From Tubulanus polymorphus (lineage: Eukaryota; Animalia; Nemertea): 64,000 bases of DNA. The first letter of the stretch is position 1, and each line of letters starts with the position of its first letter. Location: NCBI RefSeq assembly GCF_964204645.1, contig NC_134028.1:17987653-18051652 (forward strand), written 5' to 3'. Positions 1 through 14,500 of the stretch are shown piece by piece. The translations under genes were made by a program, and so were the position numbers. Below the pieces are notes generated by a model. The model had not been told where the DNA came from and ran no database searches. It worked only from the letters and a program-made list of their open reading frames with translations.

Positions 1-106
1 ATACACTAGCATATGCTAGGTAAACTAGTATATAATGCTTATGGTACCCGTATACCAGGGGTTTTAGTAAAATAACCAAGAAGTAAGAAGTAAGAAACAT
101 ATACAG

Positions 107-358
107 AATATAGCTGCAAAGCAGTGATAACGGGTTTTCTGCGCAGTCTTAGAATCCTGTTCAACGGTGGATTTCGACAAAGCATTTGATAAGGCACAAC
201 ATCAGCCATTACTAAACAGGCTATTAGGAAACAGCATCAATGATAGGTCGCCCAAATGGCTCATTTATCTCTGAACGAAAACTTGTAGCCGAAATCAACG
301 GAACGCCTCAACTTGGAATAAGTCGGTCTAACTAGTGGAGTCACGCAAGGTAGTATCC
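107..358 (+). repeat. Dispersed repeat containing a decayed CR1-type RT fragment; second copy at 63348-63650
   Basis: Direct near-identical copies; translates as VDF.KAFDK..H..LL...W...SGVTQGS. Confidence 0.8.
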
Positions 359-359
359 A

Positions 360-895
360 AAAAACTCAATGATCCGACAAGAAAATCTTGTTCGAATGAA
401 AACAATTCTGTTTGATCGAACAATACACTTTTTGTTTGAACCCAAACTTTTCTTCATTCAGAAAGCTATGTTATTGTTGAAATGAAAAACTTTTTGTCCC
501 AGCAAAAAAAGTTTGGTTGAGCGAAAACAATTTTTTCGAACAAACGTTTGAATGAATACAATTCTGTTCGATTGAACGAAATACTTAATACTTTTGGTTC
601 GGACAAAAAACTTTTTACAATATACTTGTTCGAATGAAAAACTTAATGTTCTGACAAGAAAATTCTGTTCAAATTAAAACGATTCTGTTCGATCGAACGA
701 TTGTTTCGAATGAAAAACTTTTCGTTTGGACAAAAAAAGTTTGTTCAACTTTGTTCTAACGATTTTTTCGAATTGGTTCAATCGAACAGAATATTATTGG
801 TTCGAACGAAATAAATTTTGTTCCGACGAAATAATTTTCAAGCTAAAGGTCTTTTGAACGAAAAAAAAAGAAGATATTTCTGGGGCTCCGCAGTA
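360..895. repeat. Degenerate short tandem array (GTTCGAA motifs), probably a transposon subterminal region
   Basis: Recurrent TTGTTCGAATGAAAA / TTCTGTTCGA units. Confidence 0.6.
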
Positions 896-1138
896 ACTTA
901 AAGCCGGACGTAGGTCGGCCTTGTGACGTGATGCGATTCTCGCGTTGCATCGCAACTTTCGGTGCAAGTCGGTTGCGATACGATTGTCAGTGACTGTGTG
1001 CGACTAGTTTCTGCCAGTCGCAAGAGCGCGTAGGTTGGTTGTGACAGTTGTGTCGCGTCGCAGAAAGTAGAACACTTGCGACTCCTTGTGACTGGCGTTG
1101 CTGAAAGTCGCAACCCGTCGCAAGGGAGCGTAAGTCAT

Positions 1139-1410
1139 AATTTGTTAATTTATGCTTGAATTGATAATCGATGTGACAAGAAACGTGCAGTAGATTTCGG
1201 AAAGACGACTTAGAAAAACATGTCAGCTCTTTGAATGGGGCTCAATTTTCGATGTTTACGGCCCGACAGTGCTTTTGTAACGATGATTCTTCAAAATACG
1301 CACGCAGCATTTGGAGATCGAAGTGAGCTGAATGATATCAGACGGATTGTATCGGCAACAGCGGTAATGTAAATAAGCCTATGTACTTTTGACAAAAAAA
1401 GTGTAGAAAA

Positions 1411-1448
<38 letters not shown>

Positions 1449-1606
1449 GAAACACGCGAATCTCAATAGGGTTATCTGTGAGGCCGTAAACATCGAAAAT
1501 TGAGCCCCATTCAAAGAGCGGACATGTTTTTCTAAGTCGTCTTTCCGAAATCTACCGCACGTTTCTTGTCACATCGATTATCAATTCAAGCATAAATTAA
1601 CAAATT
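1139..1606. repeat. 125-bp near-perfect inverted repeat around a 218-bp spacer containing (AAT)n
   Basis: 1139-1263 is the reverse complement of 1482-1606 with about 2 mismatches. Confidence 0.9.
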
Positions 1607-2479
1607 TATTACCCAAAGATTGCACATTCTGTCGCGGTTTTTAAAAACTAATTATAACAATAGCCCATTTTCCTTTATATAAAATTTTCATGTCAGGACT
1701 CGGACGTTGCATTTCATCCATCCGGTGCCGGTGGTAGGAAACATCTACCAGTTTATGAACCTTTGACAAGTTTTATGGTAAAACAAAAGGCAAAATGGTG
1801 CTAAGGCGGAGACTCAGTCAGATACGTGAAAAGATGATATTCAAATCAATTCCAATGGTGAGAATGGATCTGATATGGACTAAGGAGTGGGTAATCTGTA
1901 CATGAAGGTATTGATGGATACTGATAGCAATAATTCTTATTATTTAGTAGGTCTAGGGGGTAGGCCTAGTGACCGAGATGCATATAGGATTAGGATTGGG
2001 ATTTCAGTTGAAGTTAATAATGCGAAAATTGTTTCTCAATCTTTGCATACACTGATTCAGAAGAAGTAAAGAATACAAATGATCATCATCCGTGCAGTCT
2101 GAGGTGCCCAGTTGAACATTTTGTTCAAATAGATTTCGTTTGCCACAATATCAATGAAACGAAGTGTAGTTATCTATTACAGTATAGGAATGACCACAAT
2201 GCACCCATCTGAACCAAGTAAAATCATTCTGCAATGTAGCCCTGTATCATATCTCAAATTTGGTGTATAGTTTATCTAGGTTGAGTAGTTACTGGGTAGT
2301 GCTAAGTTAATTGGAGACATTAGTTTCATCAAAAGATCATCTCAGTATTATACCATGTAAAATGGCCAGTAATGAAAGGGTTAAGCAAGAAACATGTTTG
2401 CAAAATGGACTAAAACGAGTGTCCATAATAATGTGGCATAGATAGTAATTAAGTAGCAAACTAGATGAAGAAGACTTAC

Positions 2480-2548
2480 GAGTTGCGTTGGGGAGAATCA
2501 TGCGTTAATGTTGGAGCTGATTTAGCATTCCTCATTTTCCTTCTATAC
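2480..2548 (-). CDS. cadherin first cytoplasmic exon (YRRKMRNAKSAPTLTHDSPQRN)
   Basis: ttttgtag / gtaagt; phase 2->2; basic stop-transfer residues directly follow the TM helix. Confidence 0.72.
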
Positions 2549-5500
2549 CTACAAAAACAAAAAAGTTTGATTAATACTTTTCACAACTATTTCAGGCAAA
2601 CCTACAGAAGCCCCTAGGTGACATACAAGATAATTTTTTCACAATTTCGATTTATCATGTCGAATTTCAACTTATTATCTTGAAATTCGACATAATAAGA
2701 CTAAATTTGACTTGAGAATTGTGAAAGTCGAAATTGTGAAAAGATATTATCTCGTATGTCACCTAGGAGCTTCCATAGAAACCACAACTATTTAGCAAGT
2801 GGTTTGAAATACTCAATAATCAGAAAATTTCAATATTCAATGCCCTGTGATGAACATAGCTTGTAACCCATGACCTAGAAACTCATCACAATCATGCATC
2901 ATTCCATGACACAATGATCCAACACGCTATTAAACATGCCACCATCTTTCAATATTCTATTCATAATGTATCTCTAAGCACTATATCAAAATCACACTTG
3001 ATTTACACAAGTGTTGATTTGATAGAAGCGATCGAATTCCAGCACTTTAATTAGAGAAATATCAGCAGTATTGTGGTAGTCGATTCTTATTAATTTATCT
3101 ATTGGTGACGTATGTCTAGGTTGTGGCGCCATCTGTTTTTCGCGGCAATTTCCGCAGTTTGCATTTAGTTGCCGTACAATAAACTGGTGTTGAATTATCA
3201 CTTGCGTTCTATTTTGTCACAGGTTAGTTCATGAACAATATTCTTTATATTACATATATTCTTTATAATTGACCTCATTGCAGGGATGTATTTCATGCTT
3301 TGGTATAGCTGTGGCCGTAGAGCATTGCTAATTAATATTATTTATAATGTTCTAACTTAGGAAGGGGACATTGCTCATGACCTTAGCTCCATGTTGTTAG
3401 TACAGTAGATCGGTATTATATATAGGCCTAGTGGTATTTAGGTGATGTATATTATTGGAATTATCACTTGCATTCTATTTTGTCACAGGTCGTGGATTGA
3501 ACATTTCAGAGCATCGTTCCCGTTTAATTGATTGGAGAGGAAATCTTTCCCCGAAACCCGAATCACCTTCCTGACGATTCGGAGGGAGGGCTGTTACAGT
3601 ATAGCTAAAAAAAGTTGAAAAACCACATCCAACTGTTTAAGCATTTTCAGGCTTTGCCTTCATATGGAACTATTTCCGCCTTATCACAAGTGCACTCTGA
3701 CGCCATGATTTGCCCATTGAACGATAGAAACTTTTCCATGTTCTTACTTTCGACATTTTCTAATAATCTATCAAAAAAGTGAAATTTCACACTCTGCGTC
3801 GACCCCTTTGTTACCACTTGTGACATATTAACATAAAAAATAATGACCTTCACCATGCATGACATATATCTACACCGCAAATATATATGTATATAACAAT
3901 TGCTGGTGTGGTGATTACGCCGCTAGTGTGTAGCCGTACTAAATGATCGTCTGCTTCAAGTTTCACTTTTTACTCATGGATGGTGAATCAGTGCCTCAAA
4001 TACTGAACTGAATCAAATTGAATTTATGCTCGAGTGACAACAAACAAGGAGGCACGTGTCATCCTGGTCCAGATTTAGTGTGGATCTTGCACTATCAATG
4101 ATTTTAAACAACTATGAGCATGAGAGTAGGATAGGATTAATATGTCATTTGATCAAAATCCATTGATCGATCCACAAATAGATAAACTAGGGTCCAGGGA
4201 CACCAGCCCACTTGGGAAGTGGTTTCAGATGCTGAACAATCTAAAAATTTCAATATTCAACGCCCATTCAATGAAAAAATCCAATGACCTTGAAACTCAC
4301 TACAATCATAAAACATGTCAGCAGCTACAATTTTGTAATTCATTGAGGTAACAAAATATGCCTAGATACCAATATGTATGGAAATACTAAGTTACTCTAC
4401 TATTCAACGCACCCTGGTGACCATATACGCCATATATAATGTATTACAGTATACATAAACCTATACTGAATAATAATTGAATAACAATTACTGACAATGT
4501 TCACTTGCAATTAGTTATGGCTGGGAAATTTACAAATTGACCCAATTTGAACAAACAACAAGATAGGAATTGTAGAATATTAATTAGTTTACCTCATGTC
4601 TTAAATCTGATACTAGATTTCTCTGGAAACAATTCAATATTTAGATTATAGAATATTAATTAGTCCTATAATCTAAGAAAACAATATACTACATTTCGGT
4701 TTACACAATGAATTCAGTTCATTTCCATTTAACTGCAACAATGATCTTCGAACAATACACTGAAATTAACATTATACTTTGTTTTGCTCAATTAACTACT
4801 TCTAAACTATAGAACTTTGGTTTATTTGAGTATGGCCTGTAAATTCAAACTTGGGGGGGGGGGGTACGATTCTAAAAAATTATATTACTTATAGGTTCCT
4901 AATTTTTGTCCTTCAGGCATAAAACCATTAGATCTATGGCCTGGAGGTATTTTGGAAACATATGAGGGTATTCTGGGTGTGGGATATTTGGTTGGATGTA
5001 TTTTGGGCGGAGGTATTATGACCCGGATTCAAAAATAACAGAGAAATACTAAGTTATTGCATTGTTCAATGCCTCCTGGTTGCCATATGCAAAATAAACC
5101 AATTATCTTAATCTCAACCCTAATGAGCATACAATAATAGCAGGGGACTTTAATTGTATAGAAAGTCCCATAGATCATGATTCAACATCCATCAATTCTT
5201 CAATAAGTGGCTCCGAACAATTAGCCAATTTATGTCAACAAAACAGATTAGCAGACACTTACAGACTTAAAAACCCAGACACAACAGCTTTCTCTAGAGT
5301 AGGAAAACACAATAACAATGTCATTAAAACAAGAATAGATCAATTCTATGTGTCAGACACTTTACAATCAGACATAGAACAGGTGAAACACTTCAACTCT
5401 ATTCATTCAGATCATCGAATTGACAATAAACACTTCTCAAGTCAAAGGTGGCAATGGGTACTGGCATCTCAACAAAGAACTACTTAAAAACCCTAATTAC

Positions 5501-8500
5501 ATCACTATGGTAACAGACTTTTGGGCACAATGGCAAAATCACAAACAGTTTTATGACTCAATTATCGAATGGTGGGAAGAGGGCAAAACTCAAATAAAAC
5601 AAAGATCTATAAAATTTGCATCGGAACTCCGGAGAATTAAAAACAATCTTAAGAATCATTAGAATCTGAATTATTCATTCTCGAAAAACTTTCTGATATA
5701 GGAGTAAACACTAACCAAAATCAAAGCGTATTTGTGATTTTGAAATTGAAAAAGCAAAAAGTGCTATGATTAGATCTAAGATTGAGTGGAGAGAATTCGG
5801 AGAGAAAACAAGTACTTTCTTTGCGAATTATGAAAAACAACGCGCTAAAAAGAATCACATCATGACTCTCAAAAATAATCTAGGTGAAATTAAAACCGGA
5901 CAAAAAGACATTGAAAAAATTCAACTCAAATGCTATAAAGACTTATATAGAAAAGAAGAAACGGATTTAGAAACCCAAAATATATTCTTGACTAATTTAC
6001 CTCAAATCTCAAATCAAAAGAAACTTCAGCATGACTCCGAAATAGATATGGACGAATTAACAAATTCAGTAAAATCTTTTCAAAATAATAGGTCCCCTGG
6101 TATAGACGGACTACCTATTGAATTTTATAGAATATTTTGGCATACTCTCCGAAATGACTTCCTACAATTAATACATGCGTGTATACAAGAAAATAGACTT
6201 TCTAAATTAATGCAAACTGGTATTATATCATTAATTCATAAGAAAAATGACAAAACAGACTTGAAAAATTGGAGACCAATCTCGTTACTATGTACAGATT
6301 ACAAAATATTCACAAAAGTTCTCGCTAACAGATTAATTAACTGCCTAACAGAAATAATACACCCAGATCAGACATGTAGTGTAAAGGGACGTCGAATCCA
6401 AGACAATGGCCATATAATTAGAGACTTAATTGATTACGTTAATAACGATAATTTAGAAGCATTGTTAGTAACAATCGATCAAATGAAAGCTTTCGATCGC
6501 GTTGACAGGCAATATATGTTCAAAACTTTAGAATCTTTCGGTTTTGGAGAAAATCTAATTCGATACATCAAAACTTGCTATTCAAATCCGAAATCTAGAA
6601 TCAAAAGTAACGGCTTCTTAACTAAACCCTTCACTTTAGAAAGAGGCGTAAGACAGGGGTGTCCCATGAGTGCAATACTCTACATAATAGCAGCGGAACC
6701 ATTAGCAATTAAAATACGCGAAAATAACAACATTAAAGGAGTGAAATTACCAGACGACACAGAAATTAAAATCAAACAATACGCAGATGACACTACACTA
6801 TGTCTAACCGACTTAGAATCATTGAATCAAGCCTTTACAACTTAAACTTTATTTGAACGAGCATCGGGTGCAAAAATTAATAAAGACAAAACTGAGTGTA
6901 TGTGGTTAGGATCTTGGAAAACTAGAAATGATAAACCTTTAGACTTAAATTGGAAGAAATCCATGAAGATTTATGGTATTCATTTCGGAAATGAGAATAG
7001 TGATGATTTAAACTGGTATCCGAAAATAAATAAAATTCAAAATGTCATAAATCTTTGGCGCCAAACTAAATTATCTTTACACGGCAAAAAGGTCGTCATA
7101 AACTCTTTCATATTACCTATGTTATGGTACACTTCCGAAATTTTTCCAATCCCAGATAAATATATCAAAATCTTTGAACCAAAAATCATCAGTTTCCTAT
7201 GGGACAATGGAAAACGCCTTGTCGGTAAAGACATAACACACAAAAAAAATCGAACACGGAGGCCTCGACATACACAGCGTCAAATACAGACAGCAAACAC
7301 AGGCAATTAAGACGATAATTAACCATGCTCTAAAACCTACACACTGGAAACCAATAATCAACTACAACCTGCAAAAATATCTAGGCCCAGGCTGGAATAT
7401 TTCAAACATGATTCACAATGAAATACCAAAAAAAGTCATTACAAATGACTACTACAGACATCTATTTAAATCATGGACAGTTATTCAAAAACATCTAGTT
7501 CCAACTGAGACCATTACCGAAATTCTGCAAAAACCTATTTTTGGCAACCCAAAAATTAAACTCAACAAGAAAATCAATTTCACAGAATACATACATCACG
7601 GTATAACCAATCTACGACATCTATTCAATAATCGTGGCAACTACAAAGCATTTAACGAAACACCATTAACAAATAGATTGAAACACACATGTATATACAA
7701 TGCGATTCCGCAACATTGGAAACTAATTCTATCTGACCAAAATTTAGATCCTGGTGAATTACCAAAAATCTATGTGCAATTTGATAATATAGACTGTACT
7801 ATAGGAAAACTTTCATCATCCCAAATTTATAGAATACTATTATTAAAAAATCTCCATCAAATCACACCGATTGGGCATACCAAAATTACTGAACTTTTAA
7901 ATACTGATCTGAATTGGCCGGAAATTTGGAATGAAGTTTATAATAAACATATCGATAGACGATTTAGTGATATTCATTGGAAATTACTACATAATACTCT
8001 TGCAACAGCTTCAAAATTAGTACTTTGGAAAATTAAAACTGATCCAAATTGTAAAATTTGTGGACGCGCGGCAACGAATGACCATGTAGTATATTCATGC
8101 ACAGAAGCACAGCAATTATATTCACGTATACAACCAATCTTTTAACGCATACTAAACGCACCTATAAACATCACTCAAGACATCGTCTACACAGGAATTA
8201 CTAAAACAATAGAAAGAGACTTCTTCAAATGCACACTCGCGAACTATCTTTTGTTTCTCGCACAATCCATTTTGTACAAAAATCATTACAATCTAGAACA
8301 AGGCTCTGGCCACATCAACACTATAATTTATTTTAAAAACTCACTAATAGATCGCCTAAACCAAGAAATCATGCTTCAACAAAACCTTCATATTTGGAGT
8401 CTTAACAATATACTTATACATCTGGACGCAAGCGGACTGAATGCAGTAAACAGAATCACAATCGATACCATTGGCGTAGTCTATTAATTAAACCCGACGC

Positions 8501-11500
8501 CATTTTCTTTTATTAATTACACCTACATACCCCGATTTTGACACTTGAGGTATGTTCTGATATGGATCGAACCGGAACGACGGTCTATCAATACGCATAG
8601 AACTGTCTGACCACTTTTGCTTTATTTCACCACATACGCATTACAGTAAGTTTACTGTTTCTGATGTTTTGACTGTAAACTCAGTCTCATTGCCGCGATA
8701 GCTGGAAAGCTGCCTCCTTTTTGGCTTCAGGATAGCAAGCTCAGTCTATTTGCGCGTGGTGGTGGCTGGAAAGTTGCCTCTTGACATCAGTCTCTTTAAA
8801 AACTACCAAAAACCTAATCGTGACAATGTAAATAAAACCCGATGAAGACTGTATATTCGTAAGTGTACAAATATGTATTCAATATTCACATGCCTGTGCC
8901 GCTTTCTTACTGACGGTCCATCAATGCGCATAGCACTGTCCGTTTGATTGCGACGCATCCACAGACCTAACTATGCACTGTATATTAGAAACACAAAACT
9001 GCTCCCGTGTAAAAACTTTTCCTTTTAGGCAAACTCAGCACCAGATGTGAAGTACCGATTGCGCTCCCCTTGACGGAGAAACCCATCCTCATCGGAGCTG
9101 CACCGTCGATGTCATAAACTACACTTCGGATACCCAAGGACCATACTCTCATCTGGAAAATTTGCGTTTCGAAATGTGCTTCCTTTCTATCTAGTCACCA
9201 CGCGGAACAATCAACTTAGAGGACTTCTACATCAACATCTACCCGAGAAAAAAACCACAATAAACTATCGGACTATTTACACGTAGAAAACGACAAAAAA
9301 AAATATAAATAATATATAATATATATAATGGACAAAATGATCTTCACCCTTGTAATTAGCTATTTCCAAAATCTTGATGTATTAAATTAGGCAGCCAGAA
9401 AAATTCACCCCAATCAGTCGCTTGCCGTTTCAGACTGCTTGGAAGATTGTTTGGATGAACCGGAACCGAATTTCCAATTATGTACTTCGATTTAAAAAAG
9501 AAAATTCTGTAAATTAGACCGCCGAGCAAACAACTATATCTGTACTTCGATTTCCGATTTCAAAATCCAACCCCCTGTTTCGCTCCCGGCAGGTGTGGTG
9601 GGTCTGTAAGGGACACTCAATCAAAAAATCTAACGAAATTTACAAACCAAATAAACAACAGGGACAATCCCTATTTTAAGATAAAAAAAAAACAATGACC
9701 TTGAAACTCACCACGATCATAGACCATGAGCTACAACTTCCCAGTTGATTGTGGTTACAAAATATGCTTAAGTATAAATATAATGTGGAAAACTTTCTTC
9801 CTCCTACGAATGAGTACTGGACACCAAGATGGCCGCCGTTGTAATTGCTTGATCGTATATACCTGTCTTGGGTATAAAAGAAGATCATTTTCTAAAGAAC
9901 ACCCATCACAAATTGCAATGAAAAATGGCAAACCATTAGGAACCTGTCACAGGACAGCCATCTTTAATCCGATCGACGATTTCATTAATTTGATTATAAA
10001 CAATACCAACTAATAGCTGATGATGTAAGTTTTACAAATATATATGGTTTGTACGGGTAATTTTTAGTATTTTCTGAGACCTGAAGAAACCCACAAAAAT
10101 ATGTTAAAATTTTGGAAAATGGTTTGGTGAGGGGCATTACATTGTGGTAGCGAAGAGGTTAATAAGATTAAAGTATTTACTCGTTTGATAAATCTTCATC
10201 TGAACTAAAAATGACGTCATCGACTCACTACCATCTTATAATCTTCTTGCATGACTATGTCACCAAAGCTAAAAACCTGTCAACATTTTTCTCAAACAAG
10301 AGGACTACAAGGTCCATATGGTCGAAGACATTGTTTAAAATTGACTAAATAGTAGTGAGTGGAAGAATGAAGAGATGTCAGTTTCATCAGTGAAAACAAA
10401 TTCACATTTCCAGGGTTTCCGTGAGACTGTTTTTTTAACCGTTAAATGGACATTTTCCCCCAGCCAAGTGGTCCTATTTTCCCCAAATCCTGAAAATTCT
10501 TTGATTATTTGTTCTCTAAAGATGTTATAGTGTTCTTATTTTAGTTTATTTCGATAACTGGATCCGTTTCAATAATAAAATGGGTGGCTGATGATGTAGT
10601 GTAATAGTAATAACGAATATCTACCTTCCCTACAAAGCATAGTGTAATTGCCCTGACGGATCCTTCCCACCATATTTTCCATAATGGTACAGTACACATC
10701 CAATCCAATGAAACTGTGTTCTGTGTGTGTGATCAGGGCTGCCAACCTAGATTTTATCTTTTGCTGAACACATGTCAAAGTTTATCAGTATTTGCAAAAG
10801 TTTTCCAGTAGTCCCCAATTTTCAAACCAGAAGACATTCTAATTAAAAATCAGTATTCAAGGTAAATTACTACGAACAAAATTTGTGTTCCCGTTTTCTG
10901 ACAACATACTAGTACGCCATCTTCATCTTAGTACAGATGGCACACTAGTACAGTGTCATATTGAGAGTTTAATTTGAGTTGACAAGAGTGATTCTAAGAG
11001 ATTTAAGAAATAACGATGCAATTTGGTTTAAAAACGATTAAGTTTTCCGTAACTTATCAAATTTTTTTCAGTATTCTCAGGTGAATAAAAATCTGTAACA
11101 ATCTGTAACAATTCTTCTAAAAACAGAATGCCGTATTTTCACACGATATTCCAGAACAGTCTTGGAAAAATCAGAACGGTTTGCAGCTCTGTGTGATGCT
11201 TCAATGAATGATTGAAGTTCATGTGACAGGCACTAAGTGGTTGTTTTAATTACGGCAAAGACCATATGAGAAATAAGAATGCACTTAATATGGCTCCAAA
11301 ATACTGATAACTTCCCCCTTTGGGCTTCACACCTAATGTGTCATGGCATGGATACATGCCTGTACAATTTTTTCCCGCAATAATGAGTAACAGACATTTT
11401 TTTTTTTTAATGATCACCGAACCCCTGCATTTCTCATTCTATCTCTTCTCTACTACGCGCGCTGAACAGTTTATTTTTCGTCAGTCAATCTGAGTCGGCC

Positions 11501-14500
11501 TGTGTTTATAAGAGGCGGCACGCTACCGCTTATCTCACCGTGTGTACACAGCACTGCTGTCTCTAGCCTACGACTATACATGTGCTAACTCGGGTTATTC
11601 CTGAGAGTAAAGCATCTTAGCATTATTGGTAATTTTCATGAAGAAGATCCCTCGCAGTGCTTTCAAGAAATAAAATCCAGGCTAACGACTGACAAACCAT
11701 GAAGACAACCCTACCGATCCTCTGCAGTGTAAATCCTGGACTGTGCAGTTTCTACGAACTACTAACCAATGTATAATATCACTGCACAAGCGCTTAGTGA
11801 TAACACTTCGGGTAAAGTAGACAATTCATTGACAGGTAGGCCATTCATGCGCCTCAAAATTTTCCATAATTCATCATGATTTTGGGAACCTGAACCTAAG
11901 TACAACATGCTATGATAGTCATTGCTAGGATCATGGATACAGGCAAATGACGCATTACAGACCATTTATTATCGGATTATCAGTTCTTTATCATACAGCA
12001 TTATAGGACTTTATCCATGGCATTAGAGATACTACGGGTGTTGTTCAGTGAACGGTAGGATTTTTACTAGCGACGATGCCTATATGCCACATAACATTTT
12101 CCTTCTACAAATGAGGGCTGATCATTATTAATTATTGATAATAATAATGTGATTTACAGAGCGCTTAATCCAGCCAGGCTGCTCAGAGCGCTTTACATGT
12201 TTAAAAATGCCTCCTTAACCCTTAACCTGCTGGCAGCTTTAATGCTTAGTCCTGTGTGTGCAAGACGATTTGCATGTGAATGAAATTTACTCATCAAATC
12301 GTTGTTACTTCCAAACTATTGTATATAGGGCATTAAAACTTCACAAAGCAGTTGTTTATTGTCATAGCCATGGAATAATGCTAAAAGATTAAACTTCCCC
12401 CTAGAAAGTCAGAATACTCACAATTTCGTGTTACATTGTCGATATTCATGAAGACACCATAGATTACTATATCGATCGTTAAAACCATTATTATGCTTCT
12501 CATAACAGTCTAAATGTTTGAGTCTTCATCAAAATCCCAAAATATTACGGGGCATTTTTAGGTAAAAATTCTTCAAAATATCAGAATCTGAAATTACTTC
12601 CGGGTTTGGATTCTCGAGTATCGGCAGTTGGGATGCGTTAAGAACTATGGCTGAACGCGGGGTTAAAAAGATCAAAGCATTTTACCTGCTTCCAACAAGT
12701 CTCTGATGACACTGAGATGGCTGTGATAATTACCTGGTCGCTAAGCCCCTCTGACATGCTAAAGGTCTCATCTCAAAGAAAAGCCATCACAAATTTCAAT
12801 AGAAAATGGCAATCCATTGGGAAGCTACAGGTATCAGAATTCAGGCCAAAATTGACCAGACCAGGGATGAAAGTGAACGCAATAGCCCGCTGAGACTAAA
12901 GTCTGAAGTTGGCTTAAAACTGGCTAACTGGCCAGGATATATGCTAAATGTAACAAGCAAGTGTAATAATTGTGGTGTCATAGGTAATGAAGAATAATGA
13001 ACTTACGATTTTTGAAAGAAACAACAAGCAATGACCAACAGTATTGCAGTTATCAGCAAAATACACAAGATTATAATCATCATAATCAGAAGTGGTTGAT
13101 AGCGCCAGCTGTTATCAGTTAATTTTACGACCTGAGAGAAGAGAAAGAGAAAGTCGATAAGCAAATGTCCATGAATGAAAATCATTACACAATAATAATT
13201 TTCATACAAAAAGTACAGAAAAGTTGAGAATCTAGAAAAATACAAAAAATCCCATTCAGTTATTACCTACACACATTGGGGGAGGAGGGTTATGTCAGAT
13301 GCGTACAAGTCTGTATGGAGGAGGGGGATCAAATGATATGCTGTACCTACGCTGATGTCTATTGAACGAGGAATTTCTGAGATCTTTTTAACTACTGACA
13401 CAGCAATGCGACGAAAGTGTCAAAAGCCAATATGCCACAAACTAACACTCACTTTAGGGCCCAGCTATGAATATGTATGTTAAACCTTTACTGCTTATAT
13501 GTATATCGACATAACCAGTATTTCACTATCTACATTATAAAGTGTGTAATTTGAAGGCAGTTTAGATATCTACTCAGAGTGTTGTTGTATTATTTCATCT
13601 ACTAATGGGCCACTTAGTGTCACAAGCCTCTTAGCAGCCATGTTTTATAGAAAATAAAGGACCAATGGTCCAGTGGCTCGCCAAACTGGTGTGAAGTAAA
13701 AAATCTGTCACGTAGGCTACCGGTATGCAAAAATTCATTTCATTGAAAATTAAACAAGAAAAAAATATACAAAAAGGACTCAATTTTGGTCAGTGTGAAC
13801 TTTCAATGATAACTGACTTTTAACAAATGTTCATAATTTTAGTACATCCCTTGAATGACGTAAAACAACTAAAACTATGAGTGACCCGTTAAGATACAGT
13901 ACAAACTTGCACCTTGGCGAGCGTACTCTACAACTGATACAAACACGCAGGGAACACGATAGTATAAGGCGATATTGCCTACGTGACTGTACACGACTGT
14001 TTTCAACGCGAACGCTCATCACTGTGCAGCAGTTAACAAACTATACTACAAATAATGAGGCTCCAAAACGGATCGCTAATGCGAACGTTAATAAAATGAC
14101 TTCAATTAATCATGATAAAACAAGTATTCCATTTGTGTAAATATCAGACTCATCTCTAAAAATTTGATGCTATCAGTAAATCAGCAGTGTGGTGAACACG
14201 GAAGTAAATTTCCGCATTTTGAAACCACATTTTCGTCAGATATCTTGATGCAACGTTACCTTATGCACGGGATATAAAAACTAGATGAATCATTGAACAC
14301 ATCGCGCACAATTAATCGTTATATCATACACCTTGAATATCAGTATTCACGCTAGAAATGATGAATATCAACCTATTCAATCATGCCGCCATTTTCCTTG
14401 TGAAATAACGCGCACCAGCTGATCCACCTCGTTCAATGTTATGACATCATGATGGAAGTCAAAACCGGGTCAACACAAATTTTATATTACCAAGATTTTG

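Larger units (their letters stand above)
4184..12919. mobile_element. HINE family A copy fragmented by nested insertions (pieces ~4184-4430, 5045-5092, 9690-9990, 12730-12919)
   Basis: Pieces are collinear with 49336-54186, with the same start and terminal hairpin. Confidence 0.6.

Noticed and set aside
1680-2160. Search for further cadherin cytoplasmic exons
   Set aside because: No convincing phase-2 exon with good splice sites; the gene end is left undetermined.
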